Below, one piece after another: positions 36,746-50,164 of a DNA stretch of 64,000 bases. The stretch is from Sphyrna mokarran (taxonomy: Eukaryota), in assembly GCA_024679065.1 (NCBI GenBank), contig JAGIQG010000012.1, positions 25,854,001-25,918,000 of the forward strand, read 5' to 3'. The position numbers and the translations under genes are program-made. The notes under the pieces are model-generated. The model was given only the letters and a program-made list of their open reading frames with translations. It did not search any database and was not told the origin of the DNA. Each line of letters begins with the position of its first letter. The first letter of the stretch is position 1.

Positions 36746-38460
36746 AGATTTTTAATAAAGCATTAGTCCACACTGTATCATTTATAACTGCAGGAAACGT
36801 GGTCACAAAATAATAGCTTAATTACTGACAAAATTGGGTTTAATTAAATAGTATACATATTTACTGTAACAGAAGCAGCTGCTTTATATCATATTACAAG
36901 ATGGGAAATCTTTGAAGATTTTGCATGGTTTATGATGCTGACTGATTTGCTTATATAATTCAACACCTCTGAAGTACTGCAAATTGACAAGACACTGCAT
37001 CAGCTATTGCTGTGTTTATAATACTATAACAGAAAGTGATGTACACACTCAGCCCCATCATTACACTGTCCTGTTTAAGCTTATTGTTCCACATTCACTT
37101 TGTTTCATAGCTAGATAAAATTTGCTTTCATTTGGCTCATGGTGATTTTCACCATTTTAGTAACATGCATGTAGACTTTTTTCTGCATTTTATATACACT
37201 ACGCATGCACATTGCATGTAAATTACCCCCTCTATGGTATGCACATACTGATCACCATATACACCACACATGTACCAATCAATAGGGACATAGCTACATA
37301 AGCCACGTATTTCTGCATACAACTGCACACTAGTCCCGCTCACCTATACCTATTGCAGCATACATATCTACTGTGTTTTTCTTCCTCATAAGTCAAGTCT
37401 GCAGATCAGTGTGCATCTTCACATCAGTTTAAAACAAGTGTGATCCCTTTACCAGGTAACTGAGATAGTTCTTGTGCCTTACAGCTAATCAAAAAGATAC
37501 TTTCAATCACACAATGAGAATTTTCAGCTTCACAAATCAAGAATGCATTTAGGTTTTTTATGACAAAGTCAACACATGTCAAATTAATGGCAATTTACTG
37601 GTATGAATATTGAGATCTTACAAGTTTATTTCACTTAAAATCTTTGCAACTAACAGCTAAGGGATACTTCCATTCTAGCACTCTGCATTGTATTCAGATG
37701 TTATCCTAGATTTGAAGGGACAGTATACAAAAATCAGGTAATACTTAGCATCTACTGGGAAACAGCTGTGGCTTGACATGATGGGAAGCTTGGAGAAACA
37801 TGTTTAAGTATTTCCGTGCATGTGCCATTTGGTCTGTTAAATCAATTGTCTTTCAAGGGTTATAATAATGTCAACAACTCTGTTTTCAGTACATTTTTGA
37901 AATTTCTACAGAGCCAATTGTTGCACTCATACCATACAAATTTATGAACTTACTATGAACTTATGAAGCATAGACCCAAAATAGGCTTTCCTGTAAAACA
38001 AAGTGGCGTTGTGAGGTCAGGTGACCTTTTTTTCCTGCTATTACATGTGGAACTGCAAAGACCCTGTGATAATCATCACATCTGAACAAGTCTCGACAAA
38101 GACATTAAAGTGCAGATGATCTTATTTTGTTTCAGCTATCTTTGTTTCTTATTGTAGCATTAATTTTAACTGTACTCGCTCTCATCACCTTTGAAATTAA
38201 CATGAGATGATTTGAAATTCTACCCCGATATATATTTGCATATCAAGGGCAAATTGCATTTGCACATAAGCTGAAAGCAAAATCTTTACAATGTGACAAA
38301 TATGTAATGCTTTTCTGGGATTTATTGGTTTATGCCATCAATGGTTTGTTGCTAAGTTAGCTGTTCCACTTATTTTATTGAGGCATGGTAAATGAGAACC
38401 TGGTGTTATAAGTGAATGCAATGAGAGACAATGGTGACACAAAGTCCTCTTTGTCCTTAC

Positions 38461-38639
38461 CTCTCTCGATCCTGTTCAAGGAGGTTGGTAAAGTCATCAC
38501 TCTTGTTCATGTAATCTGTGTGCTTGTGTTTTTCATTTTCCAATTCATACACGGTACGCCTGTGACACTTTTCAGCCAGAAGTAACTGCTCCAACATACG
38601 CCGATATGTCTCTCTGTGCTTCTCCACCAACAAATCCAA
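38461..38639 (-). CDS. FILIP1: FILIP1 internal coding exon (179 nt, phase 0/2)
   Basis: Encodes [60 protein letters not shown], nearly identical to the recalled FILIP1 sequence. Acceptor is ctgcag|TTG and donor is AG|gtaagg. It is in frame with the 174-nt exon. Confidence 0.95.
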
Positions 38640-40844
38640 CTGCAGTCACAGAGAAGAATTATTAAAATCAGGTTGCACTCCCCTAGCATATTACATTTCC
38701 CATAAGTGGATTTCTTCATTCATCTCAGTTTCCAGTTAACACATAGAAAGATATTTTCAGATTCAAATGGCTGATTCCTCCCTCCCCAATACTTCTGCTC
38801 TTTCTCCTTTGGGTGAAGATCCATGGGTCCTAGGAGGCATCCAGTAACCCACCAAGTAACATTTCTTAGTACTTGAACTTAAACTGGTTGCCAACCATCC
38901 AACTCTAACAGGCATTACAGCCAACCCTGGTCCTCTCCCCCAGCAAAATCCACACATGCAAACTTTCCAGCAAAGGCTTTCTGGAAGTCACCCAAGAATG
39001 ACAACCCCAGCTGAGTTTTTTTCACCTTCCAGCAGTGCTAGGACCAGTGCTGACCCCTGATGAGATCAGCAACATTAACAAGAGACTCAACGATCTTCCC
39101 AAGCATTGTGGCTCAATACTAGACGGAACATTTATTGCCATTGAGTGAATCAGAAACTGGAGTGCTAAATTTAACAGAGATTTTTATATTGCATTGAACA
39201 GTATTGCTACAATGTCTTTAAGTTAAAATCTTGCAGTAATGTGAGGAAAATTTTTTCCTTAAATCTCTCCTGTTTTGCTTTCCATTTTGTCTGAATTGTG
39301 AACTGGAATATTTGCTCACAGTGTCCCTGCTTCTCTGTTTTTTTGACCTTGTTGCTGTTTCACACAACAGCCCTATTCCAAACAGAGTGGGTTATTAAGA
39401 GTGTTCCGAGAACAATGGATTAACAAGCTTAGTAATGCTGTAAATCAATGGTATTCACCATTTGTACTGAAGCTTACAGCGCAAAGCAATGTTGAGCTCA
39501 AGGGTTACACTTAGGGACACTGCAATTAAATCACTTAATAAGGGAACTTTTATCTCCCATGATTTCTACCTCCACCCCACTCTGAGGTCCTGAGTTCAAA
39601 TGTGGCACTCTGCTTATTAGGAGGCAAAACAATTAAAAACCTAGAAGTGTCATTGCTTTAGTCTTATAAACATTAAATGAGTTTCTGTGATGATGGACTG
39701 TTTGTCTTAAATGAGTTAATCTCTCTGCTATAATAACAAAGAAAAAGATACCAGATTTTCTGTGTTCCACATACACACTTGCAGTTACACAACCAATTGC
39801 GTTTAGATAGCGTCTTTAATGTGTTAAAGTGCCATAAGAATCCAATCAGATATCAGGTACTAAAACAAAGAATAGCTTCAGTTTTTCTGATGTTTATTGG
39901 AGAACATTTCTACTCATGTTGGACAAGTAATGTGGCAGATCAAGGAGAGTAGAAGGGCCAGGAGAAGTGGTGGTAACATAAAGCTGAGTTTCAGCAGCAC
40001 TTATGAGGAACCTGACATGACACTTTTGGATGATATCTCTGAGAAGCAGCATGTGCATAAGAAATAGGAGGGAAGCTGGGATAAAGCCTCAGGGAGCTTC
40101 CAGAGGTAGCCACGCACATATGTTGCTTGCTAACACCACCAAAGGTCAACATTTATTAAATAATTCTCTATTAATGGTGCCCCCCGCCCCATCGGAGGAA
40201 CAGTACTGCCCTTTTCACCTACTGTATGCAGCCTGTTAGAGTTTTGCTTCACAATGGTATTCTACAGGAGAGGGAAATGCAGGTGAATTCTATTTCAGTG
40301 AGATGCATGAGGCACATCAAAGTCTGCGGAGGTAAATTATTGAAAAGGGCTCTCCGGCCCTTTTAGAGGGCCACAGTCCTACGTGAGTCAGAGCTCAGGA
40401 AAAAACACAATCAGTAACAAGCAGAGGTCATGGTGAATTACTGAGGGTACTTTTGACTTTTGGGTGGTAATGTGAAATGAATGAGTCAGCTGACCATTAG
40501 ATATCCCTCCCAATTTTAATTTTTGTTGATATACAAAGAGTAACTGATGCAACATCAGTCACTCAGTGAAAAGCTATACACTGAAAGCCAATTTAAAATA
40601 GTTAACTTGCACTGTGGCTCACTTACATATACTGGAAGCCAGATGTATTCATATACAGGTCTCTGCCCTTTGCAGACTGAAGGAATACATCCATATTTAG
40701 CACCTTTATCAACTAAACAAAAACTTCTAGAACAGTCATTCCAAGGTTCATTCCCCAGGGCAATGCCTCAACTAATCAGAGTTGTCTTACCGGGCCTGAA
40801 TTTGAACAACATTAATTTTCAAATCCTTTTCAGCCACAGGAGAG

Positions 40845-42150
40845 CTGCCAGAAGACTGGAGGATAACTGATGTGGTACCGTTATCCAAGATGGAAAGTAC
40901 TTTTGACTTTTGGTCAATTATAGGCTGATGAGCTCAACATCAGTGGTAGGAAATTGTTGGAAAAAGTTTGAGGGATAGAATTAATCTCCACTTGGAGATA
41001 CAACATTTAATTAAGAATAATCAGCATGTCTTTGTCAGGGGAGATCATGTCAAACAAATTTAATTGAATTTTTCAAAGCGGTGACTAGGTGTGTAATTGA
41101 GGGCAATACAATTGCTGTATGACACGGACTTCAGAAATGCTTTGACATTTCCCACATGGGAGACTAGTCACAAGGTAAGAGTCCTTGGGATCCAGGGCAA
41201 TTAGGCAAATTTGGCATGTCAGCTATGACTCTCACCAACGTTTACAGCTGCACTATAGAAAGCATTCTTTCTGGTTATATCACAGCTTGGTAAGGCTCTT
41301 GCTCTGTCTAAGATCACAAGAAACTCAATCCTCATGCAAACCAGTCTCCCATCCATTGTTTCTGTCTTCACTTCCTGCTGCCTCGATAAAGCAGCCACCA
41401 TAATTAAGAACCCCATGCACCCCGGGCATTCTCTCTTCCACCTTCTTCCTTCAGGAAAAAGATACAAAAGTCTGAGATCACGTACCAACCGACTCGAGAA
41501 GCTTCTTCCCTGCTGCTGTCAGATTTTTGAATGGATTTATCTTGCATTTTCTCTACACACTAACTATGACTGTAATAGTCCATTCTGCACTCTCTTGTGT
41601 ATTTCTCTATGAAGGTCTTGTCTGTATAGTGCACAAGAAACCATACTTTTCATTGTATGTTAATACATGTGTTGATAATAAATCAAATCAAATCAACTTG
41701 GATCCAAAATTGGCTAAGTGGCTTGAGGCAGAGGTTAATGGTCAAAGGCTGTTTTTGTGTTTGGAAGTCTGTATCCCATGGTGTGTTACAGGAATCAGTG
41801 CTGGACTCCTTGCTGTTTGTAGTGTGCATTAATGATTTAGATGTGAATGTAGGGGCATGATCAGTAAGCTGGGAGATGACATGAAAATTGGTATGGTAAA
41901 TAGCGAGGAAGAAAGCGACACAGACTGGCTGGTCAGATGAGTAGAACTGTGGCAAATGGAATTTAATCCTGAAAAATGTGAAGCAAGGACTAACAAGCAA
42001 GGGACACATACAATGAACAGAAGGATGCTAGAAAATACAGAGGAACAGAGGGATCTTGGGATGCATACGCAAAGGTCCCTGAAGGCAGTAGGACAGCTAA
42101 ATAAGATAGTTAAGAAGGCATACGGATATTTACTTTAATTAGCCAAGGCA
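40845..42150 (+). mobile_element. Old CR1 RT fragment interrupted by a Rex/Babar element
   Basis: Relics of PEDWR, QHGFVRGRSC, QESVLDSLLFVVCINDLD and MEFNPEKCE lie on both sides of 41215-41696. Confidence 0.8.
41215..41696 (+). mobile_element. Rex1/Babar-type LINE 3' fragment
   Basis: LTNVYSCTIESILSGYITAW and IIKNPMHPGHSLFHLLPSGKRYKSLRSRTNRL are typical Rex/Babar C-terminal motifs. It ends in an (AAATC)n tail. Confidence 0.8.
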
Positions 42151-42782
42151 AATGATGGAGCAAAAAAGACAGTTCAACAGCAATCTCATTATGAAACTGA
42201 GCAGCCATGGCTTCAAATCAAATAACTATCATGCCTTATCCTCAATTATTGAAACAATTGAATATTCTATTACCAACACAGAAAATATTATAAAACTGCT
42301 TCAATTTGTGTGATAATCTTCTTATTCATTCTTGAGATGTATGTGTTTCTGCTGGGTCAGCATTTATTGCCAATCCCTAACAGCCCTTGAGATGCTGGTG
42401 GGTAACTGCCTTCTTGAACTGCTGTTGTCCATGTGGTATAGATACACCAACAGCACTGTTAGAGAGGGAGTTGACGTTGGATTACAAAGGATACATGATG
42501 CAACAGTGGGCTACTTAGCCCAACCAGTCCATATGAGTGTTTATGATCCACTCAAATTTCCTCCCCTTTACCTTCATCTACATTTATCATCTTAACCCTT
42601 CTCCTCCAAATTCACCTTAAGTGTATTGTACTATTCATTTCAAACACCTGCTGTGATTTTTTTGCACCATATTCTCACCATTTGTTGAATAAGTAGTTTC
42701 TTCTGAATATTCTATTGGTTTTCTTGGTGATGACCTTCTATTAATGGCTTCTAGTTACGTTCTTCTCCACAACGTGCACATT

Positions 42783-42910
42783 GGCTGGAATTTTACTGCC
42801 CTATCCGCTACAGAACTGGGGTAGGATGAGTGGCGGACAAACGAAATGCCTGTTGACCTTGGGTGGGATTTTATGGTTTTGAGATGAGCGAGGCCATAAA
42901 ATCCTGCGCA
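42783..42910. mobile_element. Short palindromic MITE-like element
   Basis: Inverted ends ggctggaattttac and ataaaatcctgc. Similar short elements occur at 59385-59570 and about 3490-3660. Confidence 0.45.
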
Positions 42911-44061
42911 TCCTCTCTGCATCCACTCTGGGAAAATATTTCCCCATTTTAAAGAGGGGAATTTCTTTCAGAATTTTGGCTCTGTGACATTGAAGGAGCA
43001 ATAACTCAATTCAGGATGGTTGTTGACTTGGGGGGAAACTTGCAAGTACTGAGTTTTTCATGCATCTACTGCCCACTATCTTAGGGGTTGGGTTATGTGT
43101 TTAGAACCTTGGTGAGTTGCTGCGATGCATTTTATAGGTGGTACGCACTACTGTCACTGTGTATCATTGGAGGAAATACTGAATGTTTAGGGTACGGATC
43201 AAGCGGGATGTTTTGTCCTGAACATTGTCAAGTTTCTTGAGTGTTGTTGTATCTGCGCTTATCCGTAAGATTGTAAGAAATAGAAGCTGGAGGAGGCCAT
43301 TTCACCCCCCTATTCAATCTTTCCTCATACAGCAACCCCTTTACTCCAGGATTTAACCTTTTATTGAATGTTGGTAAACAATTTGATTTTGAAAGCACCT
43401 CAGTTGAACCTGTCCATCAGTGTATTTTTTGGGAAGGACTCCTGCTCTTGGGTTCCTCTTTTAGAATCAACTTTTTACATTTGACATTTTTAACCAATAT
43501 TGAAGGGGTTTCTTAAATGCTAGTCATTGTGGTAACATTACACAGAAATTGAGGAGGGATTTGAAAAGAAGTATAATATCTCATAATTACTTCTGGTAAA
43601 ATATAACGGATGATAACTAATAGTTAGGTTTATACTTCTTCTGAATACTCAACTTTTTATATAAGTTGTGAAAATGGAATATTCTATTTATTGCAGTACT
43701 AAGCATAGTAAATTCTCTCTTTATAATCATCCACCAGTCTGCTGCATATATACTGCATGGGAATAGAATGCTCGCATCCTATCTCAAGAAGTTTCTGAAT
43801 ATAGATTTTGAGACTCTGGCACCATCTGATTTGGCTGAGTCCAAATCCCATCGCAGCATAGTTCTGATCTAAAATGGATATTGAGACATTTTTAATATTC
43901 CCATTTTTTAAAGGGGGCTACTATTGCCCATTAACCCCAGGTGAAAGCAATGAAAATTGAACCCAGTGTCTTTAACTTATCCAACAGAGATGCTCAGATT
44001 TACAGCTTCAAATCAATGATTTACGGAAAAGCACATACATAATACGAAATTGAAATCATAC

Positions 44062-44235
44062 CTCTGCCATTGGCTTCTCATAAACATCCTCCCCTGGCTT
44101 CTTTTCCTGGGCTTGATTGGCATCCCTGTACAATGTCCGTAGAATTTTTTCAGGAACAGCCAGACCATAGTATGCCTCTAGAGACACCGGGTTAATCTTG
44201 TTCGATTTCAGCAAGTGAATAACATCTTCTCGAGC
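44062..44235 (-). CDS. FILIP1: FILIP1 internal coding exon (174 nt, phase 0/0), N-terminal CortBP2-type coiled-coil region
   Basis: Manual translation gives AREDVIHLLKSNKINPVSLEAYYGLAVPEKILRTLYRDANQAQEKKPGEDVYEKPMAE, which resembles vertebrate FILIP1 (AREDVIHMLK...LEAHYG...EDVYEKPISE). Acceptor is ttttcacag|GCT and donor is GAG|gtatga. It is absent from the ORF track. Confidence 0.93.
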
Positions 44236-44850
44236 CTGTGAAAATTGAATAGAACCTGTTTAAATTTATTTCACAAGTTAATACTTTATTTCAAGGGATA
44301 AGGGAAATAAATAAAAACCATTTAACTGATTCGGGGATTAGTACAGCTCAGTAAGTTACAATATTTTGGGGTGGATTTACATATCAATTGGAGACTGAGT
44401 GGAGAGTTGAAAATGGTAGTCAGGAACCAATTTTTGAACTCCTGACTGTATTCTTGATGTTACCAACTTTCAACAGGTCCTTTAAGGCCCTGACTGGGCT
44501 CTAGTCATGACCCTTATGTCTTGGCTGAGAGTCTAGGCATCCATTGGTACACTGAAATATCTGAACCTTAGGGAAAATATTGCTTGACTCACAGCTCTGA
44601 TCTCTGCTGTTAATTGCACAATGTTCATTTACATGAAAGGAAGATGTTTCCAGTGATTACAATTTCAGCTATTGCTACTTTAAAGGATATGATGATTAAG
44701 ACTTTTATTAGACTTTAGTCATGCTGAGAAAACACACAAAAGAAGTTTTGTATCTTGCACTCATCAGGACACTTTACAAAAATACTGAGAAAAGGAGAAT
44801 ACAATAATTTATATTGTAATTATACTGTATGTATAGCTGTTTAACTGAAA

Positions 44851-45240
44851 TGGGCAGCATGGTGGCATAATGGTTAGCACTGCTGCCTCACACCTTCAGG
44901 GATCTGGGTTCAATTCCCAGTTTGAGTCACTGCCTGTGTGGAGTTTTCACATTCTCCCCATGTTTGCATGGGTTTCCTCCCACAGCCCAAAGATGTGTTG
45001 GCCATGCTTATTTGCCTGTTTCGGTGCATTTAGTTGACAGAAAGACTTCATACTGAATGAACACACAGATTCCATATGTGTTTAAACAGTTGAGGAAGGA
45101 GCTTCTTTGTCTAATCTGATCTAAGTTATAACGAGAAACTCTTAGTGTCTCGGGATGCATAGGTTAAAGGGATTTGCAGAATAAATATGTGGGGTTACAG
45201 GGATAAGGCCTAGGTGGGATTGTTGTCGGTGATTCTATGA
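44851..45240 (+). mobile_element. HE1-like V-SINE carrying an internal foreign insertion (about 45017-45139)
   Basis: A and B boxes and V core run to ggccatgcttatttgcc, then the SINE resumes at cttagtgtctcggg (45140). Confidence 0.85.
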
Positions 45241-45779
45241 AACAGAATAAGTGACAGCCATTCACTGACTCATTCCTCAAAACAATACCTTAACCATTCA
45301 GGGTCAAGCTGCCTGGTTTAAATGTCAAACAGTGCTTGGCCTTATGAGAACAACAACTAATTACTAACAATTATAAGCCTTTCAGCATCAGCAATGGCAA
45401 ATTGATGCCATTTGTTGAGCCACTGAATCTCCTACTAAATCTCCTCTTTTTCACAACAGTTGACCAGTGCATTCATTGGCATTCATGGCTTCTCACAGTG
45501 TGTCATGACAGCTGCTCTCTAACACATCCCAGACCAACCATTTTCCTCATTCTTCTCAAACCGTAATCCAAAGAATGTTGATGAACTCCACAATAAGCTC
45601 AACAAGCTGTACATTGGAGGCATACAAATTGCTGGCTTTGGGTTTCCACCCTCTTTTTGAAAATTGAGTTGCATCATAGAGATGTTGGCATTCAGCGATG
45701 CCAAAAAGATTATGATTTTTAATGTGTGCCCCCACCCCTGATTGAAAATCCAGCCCCATATATCAAAATTACAGGAGAG

Positions 45780-46110
45780 GCTATGGACTAGTAGTATTAT
45801 TGCTAGACTTTTAATCCAAAAATTCAGCAAAGTTCTAGGGACCCAGTTCAAATCCTGCCACAGTAGATGGTGGAATTTGAATTCGATAAAATATATCTGG
45901 AATTAAGAATCAACCGATGACCATGAAACGATTGTTTATTGTCAGAAAAACCCATCTGGTCATTAATGTCCTTTAGGGAAAGAAATGTGCTGTTCTTATC
46001 TGGTCTGGCTTGCATGTGACTCCAGAGCCAGCATAATGTGGTTGACTCTAAATTGCCCCAGACACTGGAAATGGGCAATAAATGCAACGCCCATGTCCCA
46101 TGGATAAACA
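45780..46110 (+). mobile_element. tRNA-derived SINE of a different family
   Basis: B-box-like gttcaaatcc and a body shared with 48190-48363 (gatgaccatgaaac...aaaaacc..tctggt). The tail (ggcaataaatgc...gcccatgtccc) resembles the LINE tail at about 7950. Confidence 0.6.
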
Positions 46111-47704
46111 GAAGAAAGAATATAAGGGGAGTTACGGATTTGTATTGTTTATTGCATAGCATAGGTATTTCTAACTCTTCCTGTGCTTCATTTGAAGCTC
46201 CCATTGACCTTCTGTCTTGCAAACCAGTTAATAAAGACTGTGATTTCCCAAAACATTTTTATTCCAGGCAATTACACAATATCAATGGTTATGCAGTTAA
46301 AACTTAGGTCAGACTAGAGAAAGAAGCTCCTTCCTCAACTGTTTAAACACACATGGAATCTATGTGGTCACCCAGAATGAAATCTTTCTGTCAACTAAAT
46401 GCAACACCAAAATGAGATCACTGGAAAAAGGAAATGTCCTCATATGGACTAAAATGATTGCCTATTGAAAAATGTGAAGTGGTATCACAGCGTCCCTTGT
46501 TCACTGTGTCTGTAACTCCCAACCTCCTTTCTGCATAGTTTATGTAAAGGGTAAATGAAAGGGAGCAGTGATGGATTGAAAAATAAACAATTGAGTGAGA
46601 TCAGGAAGTCTGTACCATTCACAGATTGATTTTTCACCAAACCAATCAGCTTTTGACTGTAAGCTATAGTTTCCACTTCTGAAACCTCGACAAATTGACA
46701 AAGAATTACTTTGCTTCAAAAAAATGCCGGTGGCACCTATGAGGAGAAATGAAACAAGGTCTGTGAATATAGGCAATCCCAATAGTGGCAAAATTATCCA
46801 CATTGTGTGAAGATGGAAATTATTCCCAGCAATGTTATCACTTAATATGCTCAGAAGGAATACCTCCCATTGTTACTTTAACAGATCCATTAATGAAGGT
46901 GGATGGTGATGAGGAACCATTCAACTTCTATTAGAAAGGTTGAAAAACGGGGTGGAATTTCTCATTTTCTGCTGCTTGAGTGAGAAAATTGGTGTGCAGC
47001 TCGCAGGCTGCACAGTTAGCTATTCTCACCAGATGATCCAGCACTCTGTGAGGAAAAATCTGCAGACATGGCCCACTCCATCATCCTGTTGGCTGGATGA
47101 GGCAATAAATACAAGAGTACTGAACAATCTCTGATAGAAGCAATAGGAACCCTCCCCTCCACATCCCATCACCCCCCACACACACAACACAGACCCCCCA
47201 TGCCCTACAGACATGGGGAACACCTCCACCCCCATCACAGCCTCCCCCCTGCTTTCATCAATAAGGGAATCCTTCTAAGGGAGCTCCCCAGACAGCCCTC
47301 TTAGCACTGCTGTCTATCACTGCTCAGGGAGAAGCTCCAGGATGTTAGGTACCAGTGCTAAGGTGCTAACAAGGCATGTCTCTCTCCACCTGGGGCAATG
47401 CTTATCTGTGTATTCACTTCCTGTGGATTCCCTTGGCCTGGTTCTCTCTATTTTTAAAAACTTGTAAACCCCAATGGTGAGAGATCCTGATGTGAGGGAC
47501 AATACAGCAGGGATGCTCTTTAACTAGATTCAAATTTATTGAAATGAGGTTCCCGACCTTTCTGGGCAGAAACCTCATCACATCATGAGTGGGGAGAATG
47601 GAAAATGAGAGCTTGCTGGTGAGATTCTTGTTTTCGACTCTGCCGATACTTTGTGTCCGTATTGCCCTTTGCACTGTGGTGAATGCAGATTCAAAATTGC
47701 AGCC

Positions 47705-48000
47705 AAGGTGTGGCACAGTCATTGGCACTGCTGCCTCGCAGCGCCAGGGATCCGGGTTCAATTCCCAGCTTGGATCACTGTCAGTATGGAGTTTGCACAT
47801 TCTCGCTGTGTCTGCATAGGTTTCCTCCAGGTCTGGTTTCCTCCCACAATCCCAAAGACTTGCTGCTTAGGTGGACTGGCCGTGCTAAATTCACCCATAG
47901 CGTACCTGATCAGGCACCAGATTGTGGTGACTGGTAGGATTTTCACAGTAACTTCATTGCAAAGTTAATGTAGGCCTACTTGTGACACTAATAAATAAAT
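47705..48000 (+). mobile_element. V-SINE variant with alternative tail
   Basis: A and B boxes, V core and a tail as at 22113-22406. Confidence 0.85.
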
Positions 48001-48364
48001 TCAATTTAAACAAATTTGATATTGAAACACGTTCTAAAAATGGCACTGTCAGTGGTCAATTTTATCCTTTGAACTCAGAGTTTGCAAATGGTGATCTCCA
48101 CTGCCCAAACTTTCCAATGGATTTTCCTTGTCAATTTCGATGTTTCTCTGTACAGATCCTTCCCAGCAGAGAGCAAGTAAATCCATTCAGATGGTGGCAA
48201 ATTGGTATTGTCACTAGACTAGTAATGCAGAGATCCAGGGTAATAAGGGGACTTGCATTCGAGTCCCACAATTCAAATAGTGAAACTTGAATCTAATAAT
48301 ATCATTATAATATAATGATGACCATGAAACCATTGTCATTAAAAACCTGTCTGGTTCATTAATG

Positions 48365-48460
48365 CAAGAGCCATACTGAGCTATGATGCAATTGGAAAGA
48401 GTGCTTTCAATGATGCATCTGTAAAAATTGGTGAGAGTCGTAGTTGACATGCCAAATTTG
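48365..48460 (-). mobile_element. Rex/Babar fragment
   Basis: Encodes MSTTTLTNFYRCIIESTLSNCIIAQYGSC. Confidence 0.75.
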
Positions 48461-50164
48461 CCAGATCTTACTACAGTTTGTCAAAAAAAATCAAGAGGGC
48501 GTGTTTCACTCCATCACAGGGGAGAGGGAAAGTGGGGGAGGGGGTTTGCTAAACGTGCCAGTTAAACACAGCAATGCAATGCTTTTAAATATCCCCCCAG
48601 TCATAATCTATATAAACCTCATGCCCAGCCCACTACAGAGATCTGGGGACTCTCCTCCCCACTCCTGAATATAGTCGGCCCCTTCTCTGCTCTCCCAATC
48701 ATTGGCCTCAATCTGAGCTGGCACCTACCTTACCCCCACATCCGCCTTCACCAGCATCCCCAGCGATGACCACACCTAAATGGATCTCCCATGAGGTTCC
48801 CACTGGGCACCACATATTGGCACTGTCAAGTTGGCACTGCCAGGTTGGCATGAGCATGGTGCCAACATGTGCCATGAGAGAATCCCTGGGAGTGTTGTCA
48901 GGGCATTACCAAGCCTTGTCCCTCACTCCTGGGAGCTGCATGTATCTTTACACCTGAGGGGAGACTCCCACGACAGGCTCTGTGTGAACTTGTTGCAAAC
49001 CACGTTGGTTGCAATATTTGGTGGGAGTGGTCAATATCTGGTGAGGGTGTGAGTTAATAGCATTTAAATATATTCAAATGAATGATACTGTGGAGTAGAT
49101 GTGAAATTGCGTTCTCTCTGGCAAGGACTGCAACTTGCAGATTTTGAGGCTCTGCTGACATTTGCAGATAGCGAGCGTAGGCTCAAGATCAAGCCTGTTA
49201 ATTCTGTTTCTCTCTCCTCAGACTTGTTGAGTTTTTCCAGCACTTTTTGTTTTTATTAAATCTAATGTATAAAATGAATTAATATCAGCAGTGACATTGC
49301 CACTAATCTACAGTGATTTGAAGTCATATCAGTTGGTGGGGTTTTCTGTCTCCCCTGATTTCTTTCTGAAAACCAACAATTCTGAAATCCGATATTTATT
49401 AGATCCGAAGGTTGCTGGATTGGAGGTATTCTATCTGTAACTACAAAACGTCTTTGTTCATGGGGATGGATATTTCTCTCACTCGAGTTAAAATAAGTGC
49501 TACAGTCCCATGTATTTTATTCCTAGCTTGTGAAATGGTTGTGGTATTTGCTCAGTGCTCTGCAGTACAATCTTCACAAATCTCACAATCTGCCTCTGAA
49601 TAGCCCTGTGAATTTCTGTCCTTTCAACCAGAGAAAGTTTTTTGTGGCCTTGATTCTTCCACAGGGCATTGAAATGTGACTTCATAATAATGTAATTCAA
49701 TTAAAAATAACACATGGGACTTGTTTAGAAAGCTAATAAAGACTGATGCATTGCAGATTTGACTTTTAGAACAGTTGTGAAGTAGAATCTGTAAATGCCA
49801 ACAAAGATATTGGAGATTAATGAGTTTCAGTGCCAGCTACCTTCATCTTTACATTCTGGATGCACTTTAAAACTTGAAATGATGAGGGAATTCCTGCAAT
49901 AAATTTCAGATGAAATAAGCAGCTCTTCAATTTAGTTGGAGAAACATTGGAACAGATGTGACCCATTTAATTTATTATCATTCAAATAAAATAGCCTGTA
50001 CCTGATACATCCTCCTTTCTTTCATAGATTAATGCCTTTTACATCTGGTTTTTGCATCATTACTACTCTTTTTTTGTTCATTTTACTCCTTCTGCCCACA
50101 TTGATAGGCGGTTGTTCTTGGGCATTTTTTATTCCCCTCATTCCAGCATTACCATTAGCACCTA

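Noticed and set aside
38800-39130. LF-SINE-like ancient repeat (also about 3060-3170 and 9070-9200)
   Set aside because: The resemblance to the recalled consensus is too weak to assign without alignment.
39055-40940. Other CTGATGA occurrences as hammerhead cores
   Set aside because: There is no following stem II plus GAAA geometry, and such matches are expected by chance.
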